A stretch of 64,000 bases of DNA. It comes from Octopus vulgaris. Lineage: Eukaryota. Of the stretch, positions 38,352 to 52,329 are shown one piece after another (positions within the stretch are counted from its first letter, which is position 1; every line of letters begins with the position of its first letter). A program made the position numbers and the translations under genes. Location of the stretch: assembly GCA_951406725.2 (NCBI GenBank), contig OX597822.1, positions 4,464,001-4,528,000 of the forward strand. The letters run 5' to 3'. Below the pieces are notes generated by a model that had not been told where the DNA came from, did not search any database, and was given only the letters and a program-made list of their open reading frames with translations.

Positions 38352-40675
38352 GTAATGTTTTGTTACTTTGATCCACTGTGTCGTCCCACTGTTATTTTAA
38401 AGTTAGTTTCTTTTGTTACTTCTACGAATGAACATGCAATCTATATATCTTATAATGATATACATGAGTCTTTACTAAAACCAAGGGAGACTTTAGACCA
38501 ACATAAAAACCTCTTAAAGGATAAAAGGCAACATTCACCTCAGTAGGATTTGAATTTGGAGAACGGAGAGCTGAAACAAATATCACAAAGCATTTTGTCC
38601 TATGCTCTAATGACTCAGCCATTCCACTGCCTGAAAGTGCCGAAAGGATTAGAATATTATTATTATTTGAGATGTACATGTTATCTCCATTACAAAGGAC
38701 TTCTAGAAAGAAGTGGAAGTCAGCATCTGTGTCCCTGTTCAGGGTTTCTGAGATGGAAGATGGAGAGAAGGAAGGAAGTTATTTTGTGACAGGTGATTGA
38801 CCTAAATGCTTGTAACTAAGAGTACTCCAAAAGGCATCCAAAGGCCAGGCAATGGACTCAAGTCTACCACCTAACAGGAAAAAAAAAGAACCACCACTCC
38901 CATGAGACTTGAACCTTTGAATCTTGTATCTATTGCTTTAAGAGATAACTACATTAGATGGTGGATTGGCAGATTCATTAAAGTGTTGGATGGAATACCT
39001 CATGCTATTTGTTCTGACCTTCTATGCTCTGGGATCAAACCCAGCCAAGGTCAACTTTGTGTTTCATCTTGTCAAGATGGTGGCAAATACTGCAAGGAAG
39101 TGCTGAAAAGTTTCCTGCTTTGGGTAAAGGAAAACACTGGAGGATCAGTTGATTATGATTTCATTCAACATATTCCTCTCTCAGGTTCACACACTTATTG
39201 CAGTGGTCCTTCAGTTTTTCTAGGCCCTGTAAAGGAACTCGGAATATTGGACCACCAACAAGGCCTTTCGTGATGCCCTTAAAGCCAAGAACTTTCCTGC
39301 TCTCCATCATAATTCAGAGTGGTGGATTAATGGAACTGTTAGAATGTTGAACCAAATGCCTTGCAGTATTTGTTGTAGTTCTTTGTGTTCTCAGTTCAAA
39401 TCCTTCCATGACCTGCAAGAGTGATAGGTATAATCAACTGCACAGTTTACCCCACCTGATATGATAAGAGTCTTTAACACTATCCACTCTGTTGTAAACA
39501 TATGGACCAAGTCTCTGTTTTGACGATATTTGCCCTGCTCCCTCCCACCACTAGTCTTAGAAGCCTTGTAAAGGGTCACGGACACTGCCTAATCTGCTAA
39601 TTAAAGGGTGAAAAAATAAACTAATGTCTTTACTTTAAATTATCGTCTATTTTGAGGAGGTGGCAAACTGACTTCATTTAATATATTGTTGCAAGTTTAA
39701 CGATTGTTGTTCGAGTAGGTGATGTCTTTGAGTATTTGACCTCAGTTTTTTTTTTTTTTTTCTATATACATTTTGTCTGAAATGGCATTGATTATAGGGC
39801 TGCTTAAGTTGAAGCTAAACACCACCAGTCATCACTGTTCCTCCCCACATTCTTCAATATATTTCATGTTCCTCAGTTTATTCTGCTTACTTTTGCTTCT
39901 ATTGCCCATTCCATCTCCATCCTTCAGCCATATTGTTGTCCTTGTTTCTCTTCAAATTGTCACAGATTCTTTGAAACATTCCTCTGTTACTGATCTTTGC
40001 ACCATATAATTTCTTTCTCTCTCCAAAGAGAAACAAATCCTTTGATGTAGACAGAGATAACAGTTCCCTAAATTTCTTCCCACACGATCCAACCTTGCTA
40101 ACACATAAACATCAACTTTACCGCCATCCTTATTACAGTTACTAATGTTATTTATTCGAAAGAAGTCCTGATCAAGCAGTCTGTTAGTCAAAGATGTTCT
40201 TGTCATGTTTATTTCAATTCTTTTTCTTTTTTTAGATGTACCATAACTAAGGCTGTATTCCTTTTTTTTTTTAACAGTATTGTGATTTCGATGAGATTTG
40301 GCTACTATTTCTTGCTGATTTGTGACTGCATATAGAATCCCTCATAATACTTTTTTTCCCAATCATTAATCAGTTCATTGACAGAATCTATCTGCCACTT
40401 CCATTGTTCACAACTGCAGGGATTCTGAAGCACCAGAAGTCTAGTTTTTTCCTCTTAGTCCACAAATGAGAATATCTTGTTCTCTCTTTATCTACAAAAC
40501 TTTTGTAAACTCACTTATTCTCCATTCAAGACTGAGAACAAAAAAATTTATCTCTAGATTTTCTACTAATCCTTAATCTTATTTTTATTTACTCACAACA
40601 TTTTGAGCCATTCATCCTTATCCAGCTTTCTCCATGTGTAGGGGACCAAACTAAAGTCTATTATAGACTATTATA

Positions 40676-40908
40676 TATTTCTTTATTACCCACAAGGGGC
40701 TAAACATAGAGGGGACAAACAAGGACAGACAAAGGGATTAAGTCGATTACATTGACCCCAGTGCGTAACTGGTACTTATTTAATCGACCCCGAAAGGATG
40801 AAAGGCAAAGTTGACCTCGGCGGAATTTGAACTCAAAACGTAACGGCAGACGAAATACGGCTACGCATTTCGCCCGGCGTGCTAACATTTCTGCCAGCTC
40901 GCCGCCTT
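40676..40908 (-). mobile_element. tRNA-derived SINE, same family, young copy
   Basis: 15-bp TSD ttatagactattata at 40661-40675 and 40909-40923; CpGs intact. Confidence 0.9.
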
Positions 40909-41124
40909 TTATAGACTATTATAACAGCCTCAGCTCCACAAAGGTGGCTGGCTTTGTACCTACTCCTCTCAGATACCCCTGATCAACTTGTTTCTCCATC
41001 TTTCACCATTCTTGTTGCATCCCTACACTAATTACTATTCCAAGTCTTCCTTCTGAAGAACATTGTTCCTCTGGAATGCTCATGTCTTTCTTGCAGGTAT
41101 TGACTTGCAACAGTATAACCAGAA

Positions 41125-41306
41125 CATAAATGACATCAATCTCACTAGTCATCAATCATAAATGACATCAATCTCACTAGTCATCAATCATAAATGACAT
41201 CAATCTCAATAGTCATCAATCATATGACATCAATCTCACTAGTCATCAATCATAAATGACATCAATCTCACTAGTCATCAATCATATGACATCAATCTCA
41301 CTAGTC
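41125..41306. repeat. Minisatellite, 30-32-bp unit, about 6 copies
   Basis: cataaatgacatcaatctcactagtcatcaat repeated head-to-tail. Confidence 0.95.
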
Positions 41307-42879
41307 TTGGAGGTCCTGCAAGGGGCATGGCTCTGTCCCTTCCTCCAAATGCAAAGTAGGGTCATTTGGTGCTACCAAGTACTTTTATTGCAGCTTTCTC
41401 TAGTGTAAACTATGTTCTTACAAATTCAATTATGTTCAGCATCAATTTCTTTAATCAGAGCAATTATTTGTTATTCTCGGATTTGATGGATAAGCCAACA
41501 ACAATAATTAACAGGTGTTGATCCATTTGTTAAGTCAATCAAAGCCAAATTGTAATGCTCTCATATCTGAGATGGTACTGCTCTTGATGCAGATAGAGAC
41601 AGCCTAGACCTCATCCAGAAAAGGGCTGCCCAACTGATTGGTACAAAATCACCAACAGCCATGCCCCAGCTGCTGGTACACAGATGCATTGCCTCCCCTC
41701 TTTGATTTTTCTCTCACTTCTATTATAGTCTCTGCTCCTTGGAGCTGGTCGGGCGCATGCCACCTCTCCTCGGACATTCCTTTCCCCTACTTCTCACCTT
41801 CTCTCATCACTCTCCCTTTGCACTTATCACTAAATCTAAGTCAGTGAACAGCTAAAATCAGCTTGGGTGTAAATAGCAAAAAAGAGTCAAATGAATATTT
41901 ATAAGCAAAAAGGTTGTTCATAGCTAGAAACCTACATTTCATGATTCAATAGGAGCTGCTGAGTTCAAAATAAAAGCAGACTTTTGAACCATAGCCAGAA
42001 CTTTGAATCTCAAAACATGTGTGGTAGTAAATGCTTATTTAACTAATGATAAACTATCAGGGAAAATTCTAGAAGGTTGCATAACATGCTAGAAATAGAA
42101 GCCAAACCTCCTTCAAATCACACTATAATGTCGGACAAATCCATGATTCATTTAATCCACCACCTTGTGGATTAAATGTGCCATTTGACTTTTGAGTGTC
42201 TTTAGAGTAACATACTCTGTAGTAAGCATTCAGGCCAGTTCCATGATTTGATGATAACTTTACCAGCTTCCATCCCTCGGTCTTGATAGGATGGGTAAGA
42301 CTTTAAATTACAACTGGTGGTGAGGCCTTATTGTGGCAGTTCCAAGATTTTAAGGATTGTGAAATCACCTCTTAGCCACTGTTGTTCCCAGATCAACTCT
42401 GACCCAGAGTAATAGCACCTCTCAAGACTTTGGTTGGCACAAGGCCATAGCAGAAGACACTTGCCAGGGTACCACACAGTGGGACTGAACTCTGAACCAT
42501 GTGGTTGGGAAGTAAACTTCTTACCACATGACCACACCCACATGTATATTACGTAAATATGGTAAAATCCAAGCTGTGTCCTCTTGAAGCACATCTAGTA
42601 ATTCCAGTATGAGAATCTAATACATAGATGCTGTCGTTGCAATGATGTAAGATACATATTGCAGTTGAAAATTCTAGAAATATTGTTTGCTGAGTTATTA
42701 TATAACAAAAGAGGAAGTTGAAAAACCTTTGATATTATCTATTCACCATTACACACATTTCATTTGCTAATAGGAATTACAAAGTTTTACATGTTAGATA
42801 GACATGTAAAGGAATTTCCTATTAGACAACACAGGACTGGTTGATAGAAGATGATCTAGAGAAATAGCTAAAGTTTCTG

Positions 42880-43575
42880 GCACACGTCACCAGATCTTGC
42901 TATGACAAGACATCATCTTGGTTCCCAGCAAAACAATGCAGCTGGTCCTTCTGGGGTTAACTGTGCCCTGGGGGTTAAGAATGGAGGCAACTCAGGAGAA
43001 GAAGAAGAAGAAGAACAAGTACCAGGACTTGGCAAAGGACTGCCACAAGAATGAGTGGGGAGCAAGGTTTTTGCTGGTGGAGGTTGGCAGTCAAGTATTT
43101 GCAGATCATACTCTGAGTAAGGCCTATGAAACTCTGAGTATTTCAGCTCACAGAAGAAGAACCATCAAGAACAATGTAGAGGATGTAAGGAAAATGTCTA
43201 GATCAGTGGTTCCCAAAGTGGGTGGTACCGTGCCTATGGAGGGTGGGGGTGGATCCAAAGGGAAGCTGAAGAAAAATTGAGGTGATAACAGGGTGACTAA
43301 AAGGGGGCAATGGATGGAAAAACAACAAAATAATAGGTTAATTAGGTAAAGTTTTATTTGTGAAATACAATTGTTTTGAATTTACTACAGAAAGTGGTCT
43401 ATGTTTGTGGTGGTAAGTAGGGTGGGGTGCTAGGAATGTGGTCCAGGTGCCAAGGTGACAGCAGCCCAAAATAGTTTGGGAACCACTGGTCAAGATGAAT
43501 CTGACTGAAAAGAGTCAGGTCAGTAGAGTGCCACTTGGTCAAGGGCCTAGGCTTGATCAACCTAGGTCAGATCAC
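42880..43575 (+). mobile_element. Degraded 3' end of a restriction-like-endonuclease LINE (Hero/NeSL-like), interrupted by a hAT MITE
   Basis: Translation LTVPW...E..E.KK.KYQDLA.DC...W.A....VEVG matches the PD-(D/E)xK endonuclease region of these LINEs. Confidence 0.7.
43204..43488. mobile_element. hAT (Charlie-like) MITE
   Basis: TIRs cagtggttcccaaa / tttgggaaccactg; TSD gtctagat/gtcaagat. Confidence 0.88.
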
Positions 43576-43593
43576 CTGGATGTGTATGTATGT

Positions 43594-43657
<64 letters not shown>

Positions 43658-43741
43658 CATATATATATATATATATCTGTGTGTGTGTGTATACACATGT
43701 ATGTATGTATATATACATGTGTGTATACTATATATATATAT

Positions 43742-46700
43742 CAGGTAACTTTCGAGTGCTACTGGTACCATGTAACCCAGTACAACCTGCTGCATGGTCG
43801 GGTCGTCGGTGACTAAACTGGCAACCCCACCAAGCTTGCTTGGTGAGGAGGGTGTTTATTGGACACCCTGCGGGATAAAAAACAAAACCGGTCAAAGGGC
43901 GGAGGACCTCTTGAGAGTCAACGGCCATCCAATAAATGTTAGCACAGGTACACAGAAATTCCGGGATGGTGTTCGGCGTGTTGAAAGACCACTGTGAGTG
44001 AGGCGCCCCTCAGCTTTTGTTAAAGCACATCTCTAAGAGAAGGTCACTCTGATATAAAACCAGATATGCAGGGAATGGCATTGAACATTTTGGGGATCTT
44101 TGGTTTGTGCGAGAGATCACGGCGCTCCCAAATCCCTGAGCCTGCGACTCATATTGGCACCAGACATCTTTCTCCAGCTTGTCTCTGGATAATGTCAATA
44201 AAGTGGAGAGGGTCTATGAGGTGTTGTGAAAGCCTTATTGGACCTAAAACTCTGCACAGGCATTGCTGACCTCTGCTCGATATGGGCATTTTTTTCTTTT
44301 CCTCTCTATATATTTATCTTATTTTTAGTATATATTTTCTTCATTTTTAGTATATATTTTAATTTTTTTTTATTCGGAAGTTCTGCGGCGATGGAAAGGT
44401 GGTGAACCATGCAGACCTGATGGGTTGGAAGCATGTAGTAAGCGACCTGCATGTAGGCGGCCCATGTTAGATATAAAGTCGTCTCCTTGTTGCCCAAGAC
44501 AGCGGTAGGATTTGGTTGCTGCATGGGTGTCTGAGCAGCTCCATTTGGAGAAGGCTCACCCGGAGACCAGGGAGGTTCTAGAAAAGGTGAACCAAAAATT
44601 GCCTGTCTTTCTATATCTGGTTAGTTTAGCACGACTGACGGATGTCCACCCTGCGCTCGAAAAACAAAGAGTCTTTTATCTATAAAATCTGGACGGAACT
44701 TAAACATTTCATGTTGGAATGAGCACACTCTGTTGGACAATAAGAGTGATTGCAGGCCTGAAAGACGCACTGCATTTGTTGCTCATGAGCTGAACTGTTA
44801 TAAAATTGATATAGCTGCACTTTCAGAGACTCGTATAGAAGGTGATGGTCAGCTTAAGGAAGTAGGAGGTGGATACACCTTTTTTTGGAAAGGAAGGCAG
44901 ATGGAGGAGTGCAGAGAGGCTGGTGTTGGTTTTCCAGTCCGATCTGATATCCTTAAGAAGTTGGAAGATTTCCCTGTTCCTATAAATGAACGTATAATGA
45001 CGCTACGGTTGCACTTGAAAGGTAAGCGGTTTGCTACTCTAATAAGTGCCTAAGCACCTACTTTGACAATCTTTTATACCCAGCTGAGAGCCATACTTAG
45101 AAAAATCCCCAATTCTGATAAAGTCATTGAACTGGGGGATTTCAGTGCCAGGGTTGAAACAGACTGGCAAACATGGAACTCTCCAGGACGTTTTGGAGTA
45201 GGGAAAATGAATAGCAATGGTCTCATGCTACTGGAGCTTTGCGAAGAACATGGACTTTACATTGCAAGCACTCATTTTGTGCACAAAGGTGATCACACAA
45301 CAACAAGGATGCATCCAAGGTCCAAAGTTTGGCACTTGCTAGATTATGTCATCATTTGCAAGCACGACATTTATGACATTTGTAATGTCAAGTCCTTGCA
45401 TGGATCAGAATGCTGGACAGACCACAGTCTGGTGCGAGCAAAGTTCCGAATGGTGATTAGGGCGAAAGAGAGAAGAGAACCAGTCAGCATTCCTCACCGT
45501 CTAAATGTCCACAAGGTATATGATGTTGTGGTTAGGAAAGAGCTTCAGACTCGCTATTCCAGCATTGAAACTGCTGCAGCATGGGAAGATTTTCGAGACC
45601 AAGTTGTTCAATGTGCAGCCGAAACACTGGGGTATGTTACTGCCAGACACAGAGACTGGTTTGATGTGAATGATGCTGAAATTCAGCGACTATTAGTGGT
45701 AAAGTGCTATGCCCACAGTGTGTTGCTGCACAGAGAACTGTCTACTGTGCAGCGAAGTCTAGCACTTGCCCACTATAACAGTGTAAAATCACTACTACAG
45801 CGATCTCTCAGGAAGATGCAGAACACTTGGTGGAAGGATCTTGCTCGTGATGTTCAGACTGCTGCTGATGCAAATGACAGCAAGAAGCTTTACCATCTTA
45901 TGAAGCGAGCTTATGGACCTAAGAGCTCCACATCAGCTCCTTTGCTTTCCAAGGAGTCTTCCACTCTGTTTACTAAATCAACAGAAATCACAGGTCACTG
46001 GATTGAACACTTCTCTGAACTCCTAAACCATGAGTCAGTTGTGGATGAAACAGTGATTGATACTATGCAACAAAGACCTATCACTGGCTCCTTAGACTCC
46101 TTGCCCTCAATAGATGAAGTAATGACATCAATAAGTAAATTGAATCTTGGTAGGGCACCTGGAAAGGATGGAATTTGTGCTGAGGTCTTGCGATTTGGTG
46201 GTAATTGCATCACACAGTCCCTTCATGAACTTATTAGTGCAGTCTGGAGGGATGGTGCAATCCCTAAGGACTGGAAGAATGCAATTATTCTTCCTCTGTA
46301 TAAAGGAAAAGGAGCCAGAACAATGTGTGGTAAGTACAGAGGTATTGCTCTTCTATCAGCTGCTGGAAAGGTTCTGGCAAATATTCTTCTTACCCGTCTG
46401 AATGGGTGTCTCGTAAATGATGTCCTATCTGAATCTCAATGTGGCTTCCAATCTAGTAGAGAGACAATGGATATGATTTTCACAGCAAGACAGATACAGA
46501 AGTGCTATAAGCAGAATATGGATCTTGTCCAGGTATTCATTGATTTAACAAAGGCCTTTGATACTGTAAATAGGGCCTTTCTATGGAAAATACTTGGCAA
46601 ACTTGGATGTCTGGATCACTTTGTATCTATAATTAAATCATTTCATGATGGGATGGAGGCTTGGGTCAATGTTGGTGGCACCATGGCGAGACCCATTCCT

Positions 46701-47903
46701 GTAGAGAATGGTGTCAAGCAGGGTGACATCCTTGCCCCAACTCTCTTTTCTTTGTACCTTGCTGCTGCTTTTACTCATGCTTTTGCTAAGGTTAGCTCTC
46801 TGGGAATATTTCAGATATCGATCTTCTGGTCACCTCTTTAATCTTCGCCGATTTGCTGCCAATTCAAAGGTTTCCCAGTCTATTATTCGTGACCTCCTTT
46901 ATGCAGATGACTGTGACGTAGTCACTCATACAGTGGATGACATGCAAATACTCATGAATTGCATTTCTGCTTCTTGCAGGGCATTTGGACTCAGCATTAG
47001 CCTGAACAAGACTGTTGTAATGTTCCAGCCTGCACCAGGAAATCCATATATAGAACCAGCTATCTTGGTTGAAGGAACAATAGTGAAAGTAGTAGACAAG
47101 TTTGTCTACCTGGGCAGCACACTCAGCTGTTCTTGCTCCCTGGACAAGGAAATATCTTTCAGGTTGCAGAGAGCAACTAATTCCTTCCGGTCTCTTCAGT
47201 TTCGTGTCTGGTCCCAACATGGCATCGCAAGGAGAACAAAAATTGCTGTGTACCATGCATGTGTATTGACATCGCTTCTCTACTCATATGAGACATGGAC
47301 TCTGTACAAACGTCAGGTAAGGGTCCTTGAACGCTTTCATCAGAGATGTCTCAGACACATTCTCAATGTTGGCTGGACCTCAAAAATTCCAGACACACAG
47401 GTGCTGAGGACAGCTGATATCTTGAGCATTGAGGCGATGGTGCACAAGCACTGGTTACGTTGGACTGGACACCTTATTAGAATGAAGGATAGCAGGATTC
47501 CTAAGCAGATGCTCCATGGAGAACTTGTGAATGGAAAGAGACTCTGGCAGAAACCAAGGCTGCGATTTAAGGACTGTGTCATGTCCTCGTTAAAGGCCTG
47601 TGACACTGACTGGGAGAACAATGCCTGTCATCGCCACAGATGGAGGAAGCAGGTTAAGGAGGGGATCAACACTTTTGAGAGAGCACGTATCCAGCATGAA
47701 GAACTTAAGCAAGCTGCGCGAAAGTGCATGGCTCGTATAGTAAATGGGGAAAGCTTGGTCTGCAATGTTTGCAGTTGTGTATGCCACCAACTCATTAGCC
47801 ACCAATGGAGCTGCAAATGCAAAATATAAGTTAGTCCTTGAGCACACAATGTTCCTGAAGGTCAGCAATGGTCTTCCTCGGTCACAAGTGGACGGCCATC
47901 ATA
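43742..47903 (+). mobile_element. Near-full-length RTE-clade LINE (APE endonuclease plus reverse transcriptase), disrupted
   Basis: APE motifs (IDIAALSETR, GDFSAR, HPRSK-WHLLDY, TDH); RT motifs (KYRGIALLS, FIDLTKAFDTV, GVKQGDILAP, LLYADD at 46900-46911, FVYLGS); C-terminal Cys/His remnant; flanked by (TA)n. Confidence 0.93.
44700..47829 (+). pseudogene. RTE ORF with premature stop (TAA 45051-45053 in ISA[Y]APT) and frameshift near 46800
   Basis: Track ORFs 44733..45053, 45063..46841 and 46708..47829 are consecutive pieces of one APE-RT polyprotein. Confidence 0.9.
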
Positions 47904-47924
47904 CTATATATATATATATACATG

Positions 47925-48430
47925 CAGGGTGCAATGGGTAAATTGTCATCATTTATATTTTTAATTTTGATCATGTGCATTGTTTGTTTTTGATTTTGTC
48001 GACTACACAGTATAGTAGGGTCAGTTGAGCACCATCTGTGAGAAAAACAGCACCATGACACAATTCGCTCTGCCAGAAATTTGGAAACAACATGTTGTTC
48101 TGCATGTCATTCATGCTGGAAGCTCCAATACGAACATTTCAGAGTGAGGACAGTGCAATCTGAGGACATGTACCGAGAGTGATAAAATATAAAACATCCA
48201 GTCAACATTATGGTGTTTGGTGTGATCACTAGTGATGGTGACATTATGCCTCCATTCATCTTCCCACATGGTGTGATCACTAGTGATGGTGACATTATGC
48301 CTCCATTCATCTTCCCACATGGTCTCAGGCTCAACATGGAGGCCTAGAGGAGATAGTGCTGCCCTGGGTCAGAGGGTGGCTACAGGAAGACTCTATATCT
48401 AGCAACAGGACTCTGCACCATGCCACACAG
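47925..48430 (+). mobile_element. Tc1/mariner (maT-like) transposase relic
   Basis: KHPVNIMVFGVITSDGDIMPPFIFPHG...QQDSAPCHT remnants with an internal ~51-bp tandem duplication; related relic at about 11680-12430. Confidence 0.75.
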
Positions 48431-50207
48431 TTTCTGTCTTTCAAAGTTTCCAGGACTGTAGTAGAACTGAACCTGGGACCATGTGATTGGGAATGGAAAG
48501 CAAACTTCGTACCACACCGCCATGCTTGTGCCTATGTTGAATTTATTATATTACAGTATATTGTGTAATATTATATCATGTAATATATTACAAAATGTAG
48601 GCATAAAAAATCAGTAATAACAGATTTATTTGATAATATGAATAAAAATGTGAGCCAAAACATTTGATAATGGATTACAACAGGTAGAATATATTTTCTG
48701 TGAGACATAACAAATCAATCATGAAATTTTAAAAATTGTGATTTACTGGTTCCCCTTTCATTTCATCACATCATGGAAAAATTTGAAAAGTTGGGACTCA
48801 GGCATATTCTCTTACACACCATTCTTTTAAATTTCCTTTTCGATTGATTCCACAAATTCATATGGATCTCCTTTACTACATTAATCATCAAAATTTGGAA
48901 AGTATTATATGTTGTTAGTAAAGGTGTAGGGAGAAAATTAAAAAAAATATTTTTGATAATTGAATTTCTAGTGTTTCAAACATAGAAATTCAAAGACTAT
49001 CTTGAAAAAAAATATTTTAAAGTTGGAAGGCAAGAAGCATGATTTACTTATTTTGAAGTATTCACTCATTTGTTCCTGAAAATCAAGAAAACTAAATTAG
49101 GTTTTCACGTTCCACATTATTGCTGTTCCCAATTTAAATTGTGGTGCGTTCTTCCATTTTCCTCAAAACTTGACTGATACTATATTTTATTAACACTGAA
49201 AGGATTTGGTCTCAAAGCATAAAGGGCCATAACAGAACATCACATGACAGCAGTAAGAATTCAGTTAATCCAGTGTTGTTGTGGTTACCTGGGTGCTGGA
49301 TTATTTGGTCTGGGCGCATCATGATCATCGTTTAACGTCCGTTTTCAGCGCTAGCACGGGTTGGACGGTTCGACCGAGGTCTGGGAAGCCAGGGGCTGCA
49401 CCAGGCTCCAGTCTGATCAGGCAGAGTTTCTACAGCTGGATGCCCTTCCTAAGACCAACCACTCCACGAGTGTAGTGGGTGCTTTTTACGTGCCACCTGC
49501 ACAGGTGCCAGGGGGGTCCGGCATCGGTCACGATTGGTTGGAGCTTTTAACGTGCCACCGGCACGGAAGCCAGCCAAGGCGGCGCTGCTGCCCCTAAATA
49601 AAACCAACCACAATATTTGAATTTTATTAACTTGCTTATTTACTGATTGATGATTCAACTATTAATTTACAAAAGGATGTTATACTGAATATTAATTGCT
49701 AGTGTATGAGAATGGGAGCTTCGTGAGGGGTGAGAATGTTATGTGTTTTTGCTTAGTAAGGATCCTTTGAATACCAGATTGAAGCACCACAATTACTGGC
49801 TGAGTATACCTTTACGAATCCTCTGCCTTGTATTTCCTGCACATCTCAATACCATATAGCCATCATTTAGCATGAAATTGCATAGAATTTGCCATTAATC
49901 TGGACAACACACAAATGCACTGGAACTGCAATTTGCTGAAATAAGGGCCAACATCACCTGATACGGATAGTTGCCACCAAATATGGGAACTTGTTTATGG
50001 CCCTTTTCCATAACTCAACAGACAGGGTTTTGAACACTGAGTACTGCTGCTGCATCATCTTTCCCAATCTTTGACCAATGAAGATGTTAAACTTATTCTC
50101 TTCTTTATGGTAAATCAATTTATTCTACTTTTGAACTCAGTAGTATATCTGGCTTTCTCCTCTCACCACTCTTCATTCTCTCACTCTTTCTTTCTTTCTT
50201 TCTCCCT

Positions 50208-50436
50208 CCATCCACCCAGCCATCCATCCACCCATCCATCCATCCATCCACCCATTCACCCACCCACCCACCCATCCACCCTCCCATCCATCCACCCACC
50301 CATCCATCCATCCAGCCATCCATCCATCCACCCATCAATCCGTTCATCCGTCCATCCATCCATCCATCCATCCACCCACCCATCCATCCATCCAGCCAGC
50401 CAGCCAGCCAGCCAGCTATCTATCTATCTATCTATC
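50208..50436. repeat. (CCAT/CCAC/CCAG/CTAT)n compound microsatellite
   Basis: Direct inspection. Confidence 0.95.
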
Positions 50437-50505
50437 GTAATATTCTAACTTTTTTAATTCACTCAACCTCTCAATTTTCTCAGAGCAGCTTATAACCTGC
50501 TATCA

Positions 50506-50542
<37 letters not shown>

Positions 50543-51100
50543 ACTACATTTCTCTCCCCTCAACTTCCTTTCATTTAGCATCTTTGTTTTCTGTCTCCCT
50601 ATTTCTCTTTTCCAGCTTCTGAGTATGAGTGCGCACACACACACACACACACAATACAATCACACTCGCTACACACACACCTCACAAAGTAATATCCAAT
50701 CTTATAATATATATATATTGTTTCAGATATGTCATATGAATAAATTCTGCTTTTGTTTTTTTTTTCGTTGTTTTTTTTTTTGCTATCTTTTTTTTTAAAA
50801 TTTAGATTCAAAATAAAAAGGAAAATATTTCACTGTATTTTTAATATTTTTACAGATTATTCCATTGGATATGTTTTAGAAGTGAATTCAATTTGTTTGG
50901 TGGCTAACCTAAGATTGAACTACAAATAGACATTGACATTTAAATAATGCATTTGCACAAATACAAACAGGAGAAGGAAGAAGACAAAAACATGAATATG
51001 CAGAGGGAGTTGAAGAAATATCTTGTTAATGCGTAGGTGTGGTTATCATTATAATACAAATCCACAGCAAAATCATGTCGCAAAATACTTATATAGAAGA

Positions 51101-51356
51101 CTAGCGGTATCGCCCGGCATTGCTCGGGTTTGTAAGGGAAATAACTATATAAGCATTTTTAAAGAGTTATAGCCAAAAAATAGCAAAAAAATGCATTAAA
51201 AATGGGGAAAAATGATGGTAAATACCCAGAAGGGTTCGATATGAATCACGACTATAAGATACCCGGTTTTGGTTACACTGCACCGCAAAATGTAGGAGTA
51301 GTTAGGAATCTAAATTGTAGGAAACAGACACACAACTTCACTTTTATATATAAAGA
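51101..51356 (-). mobile_element. Non-autonomous Helitron-like element
   Basis: On the minus strand: 5' TC(tttatatataaaag), 3' GC-rich sub-terminal hairpin then CTAG, in an A|T target. A similar copy lies at 58379-58744. Confidence 0.72.
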
Positions 51357-51723
51357 TGATATAGTGGCGGAATGGTGTGCTAGATAGAGCCATAAGAGCT
51401 AAGAAACAGGCCTAGGAAGATTGAAAGAATGAAGAGGCAGGGAAGAATATTGTGCTATTACAAGTGAAGCTGCACATCAGATATACACAGCAGAGAGAGA
51501 AGCTGGAAGCAAAGGTGTTTGTAACTGTTGTGTGAGAAGAAGATCAGAGGGATGAGGTGGCTCAGTTTGTAAAGTGGAGAGTGTCAGCAGGCATCAAGGC
51601 TGTGCGTTTGAAACAATTGCAAAGAACTTGGTATTATTGATGCTGAGAAGGGGAAAAAAACATGGAAATATTACTGGAAGAGGTTACTGAATGTCATGAA
51701 TCTAGTAGATCCAATAGTGGAAC

Positions 51724-52329
51724 CAGGGCCCATCACCAGGCCCCTGCAACCCCTTGTGATTACAGGGGGCCCGAGTTAAGATCAATGTACAGAGATGAGT
51801 CATCTATTTACTTTGGTTAAGATGTTGAACAAGAATTAAACTATGATTAACTGAAAATTTCAAGAAATAAAATGGTAATACATTGTACCTGAAAAAGGTC
51901 TTGTAAAAATATTACATTGTATCATGGAGGTGTACCAAACTTTATGGATTGTCTATGATATCAATTGAACATGAACTTAGCTCTTAGTTCGATTATTCTG
52001 AACTGATTGATAATTTCAGGAAGTGAAAAGTGCACTGTTTTTGTCTTTGAAAGTTATCTGGGTTATAAAAGTGCTCTTTTATACCTCCATGGATTAAATC
52101 TGGAAGTTATACTTATTGAAATTTGTAATAAACCTAAATAAATTTAACTTGTCTGTACTTTTAAAGATGTTCTTTAGGATAGCGTAAAATATTGAACTTC
52201 AGGTAGAATAAAGTAAAATATAGCTATGAATAAAAGGTGCGTAGATTATGAATTTTGATTGAAGGGATGGGGCCTCAAAACAAAAAGTTGTGGGGGGGGG
52301 GGGCCTCTAAAAGCCACACAATGGAGCTG
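51724..52329. mobile_element. hAT-type non-autonomous element
   Basis: Perfect 8-bp TSD agtggaac at 51716-51723 and 52330-52337; CAG...CTG ends; GC-rich subterminal gggggccc. Confidence 0.78.

Noticed and set aside
41125-41306. 32-bp repeats suggesting a CRISPR array
   Set aside because: Units are contiguous with no unique spacers, there are no cas genes, and the context is eukaryotic; this is a minisatellite.
50071-50448. His/Pro-rich and Gly/Trp/Met-rich ORFs
   Set aside because: Translations of a (CCAT)n microsatellite.
50855-51035. Candidate downstream coding exon of the divergent transcript (tttttacag acceptor)
   Set aside because: Stops occur in all three frames before any good donor; at most a non-coding exon.
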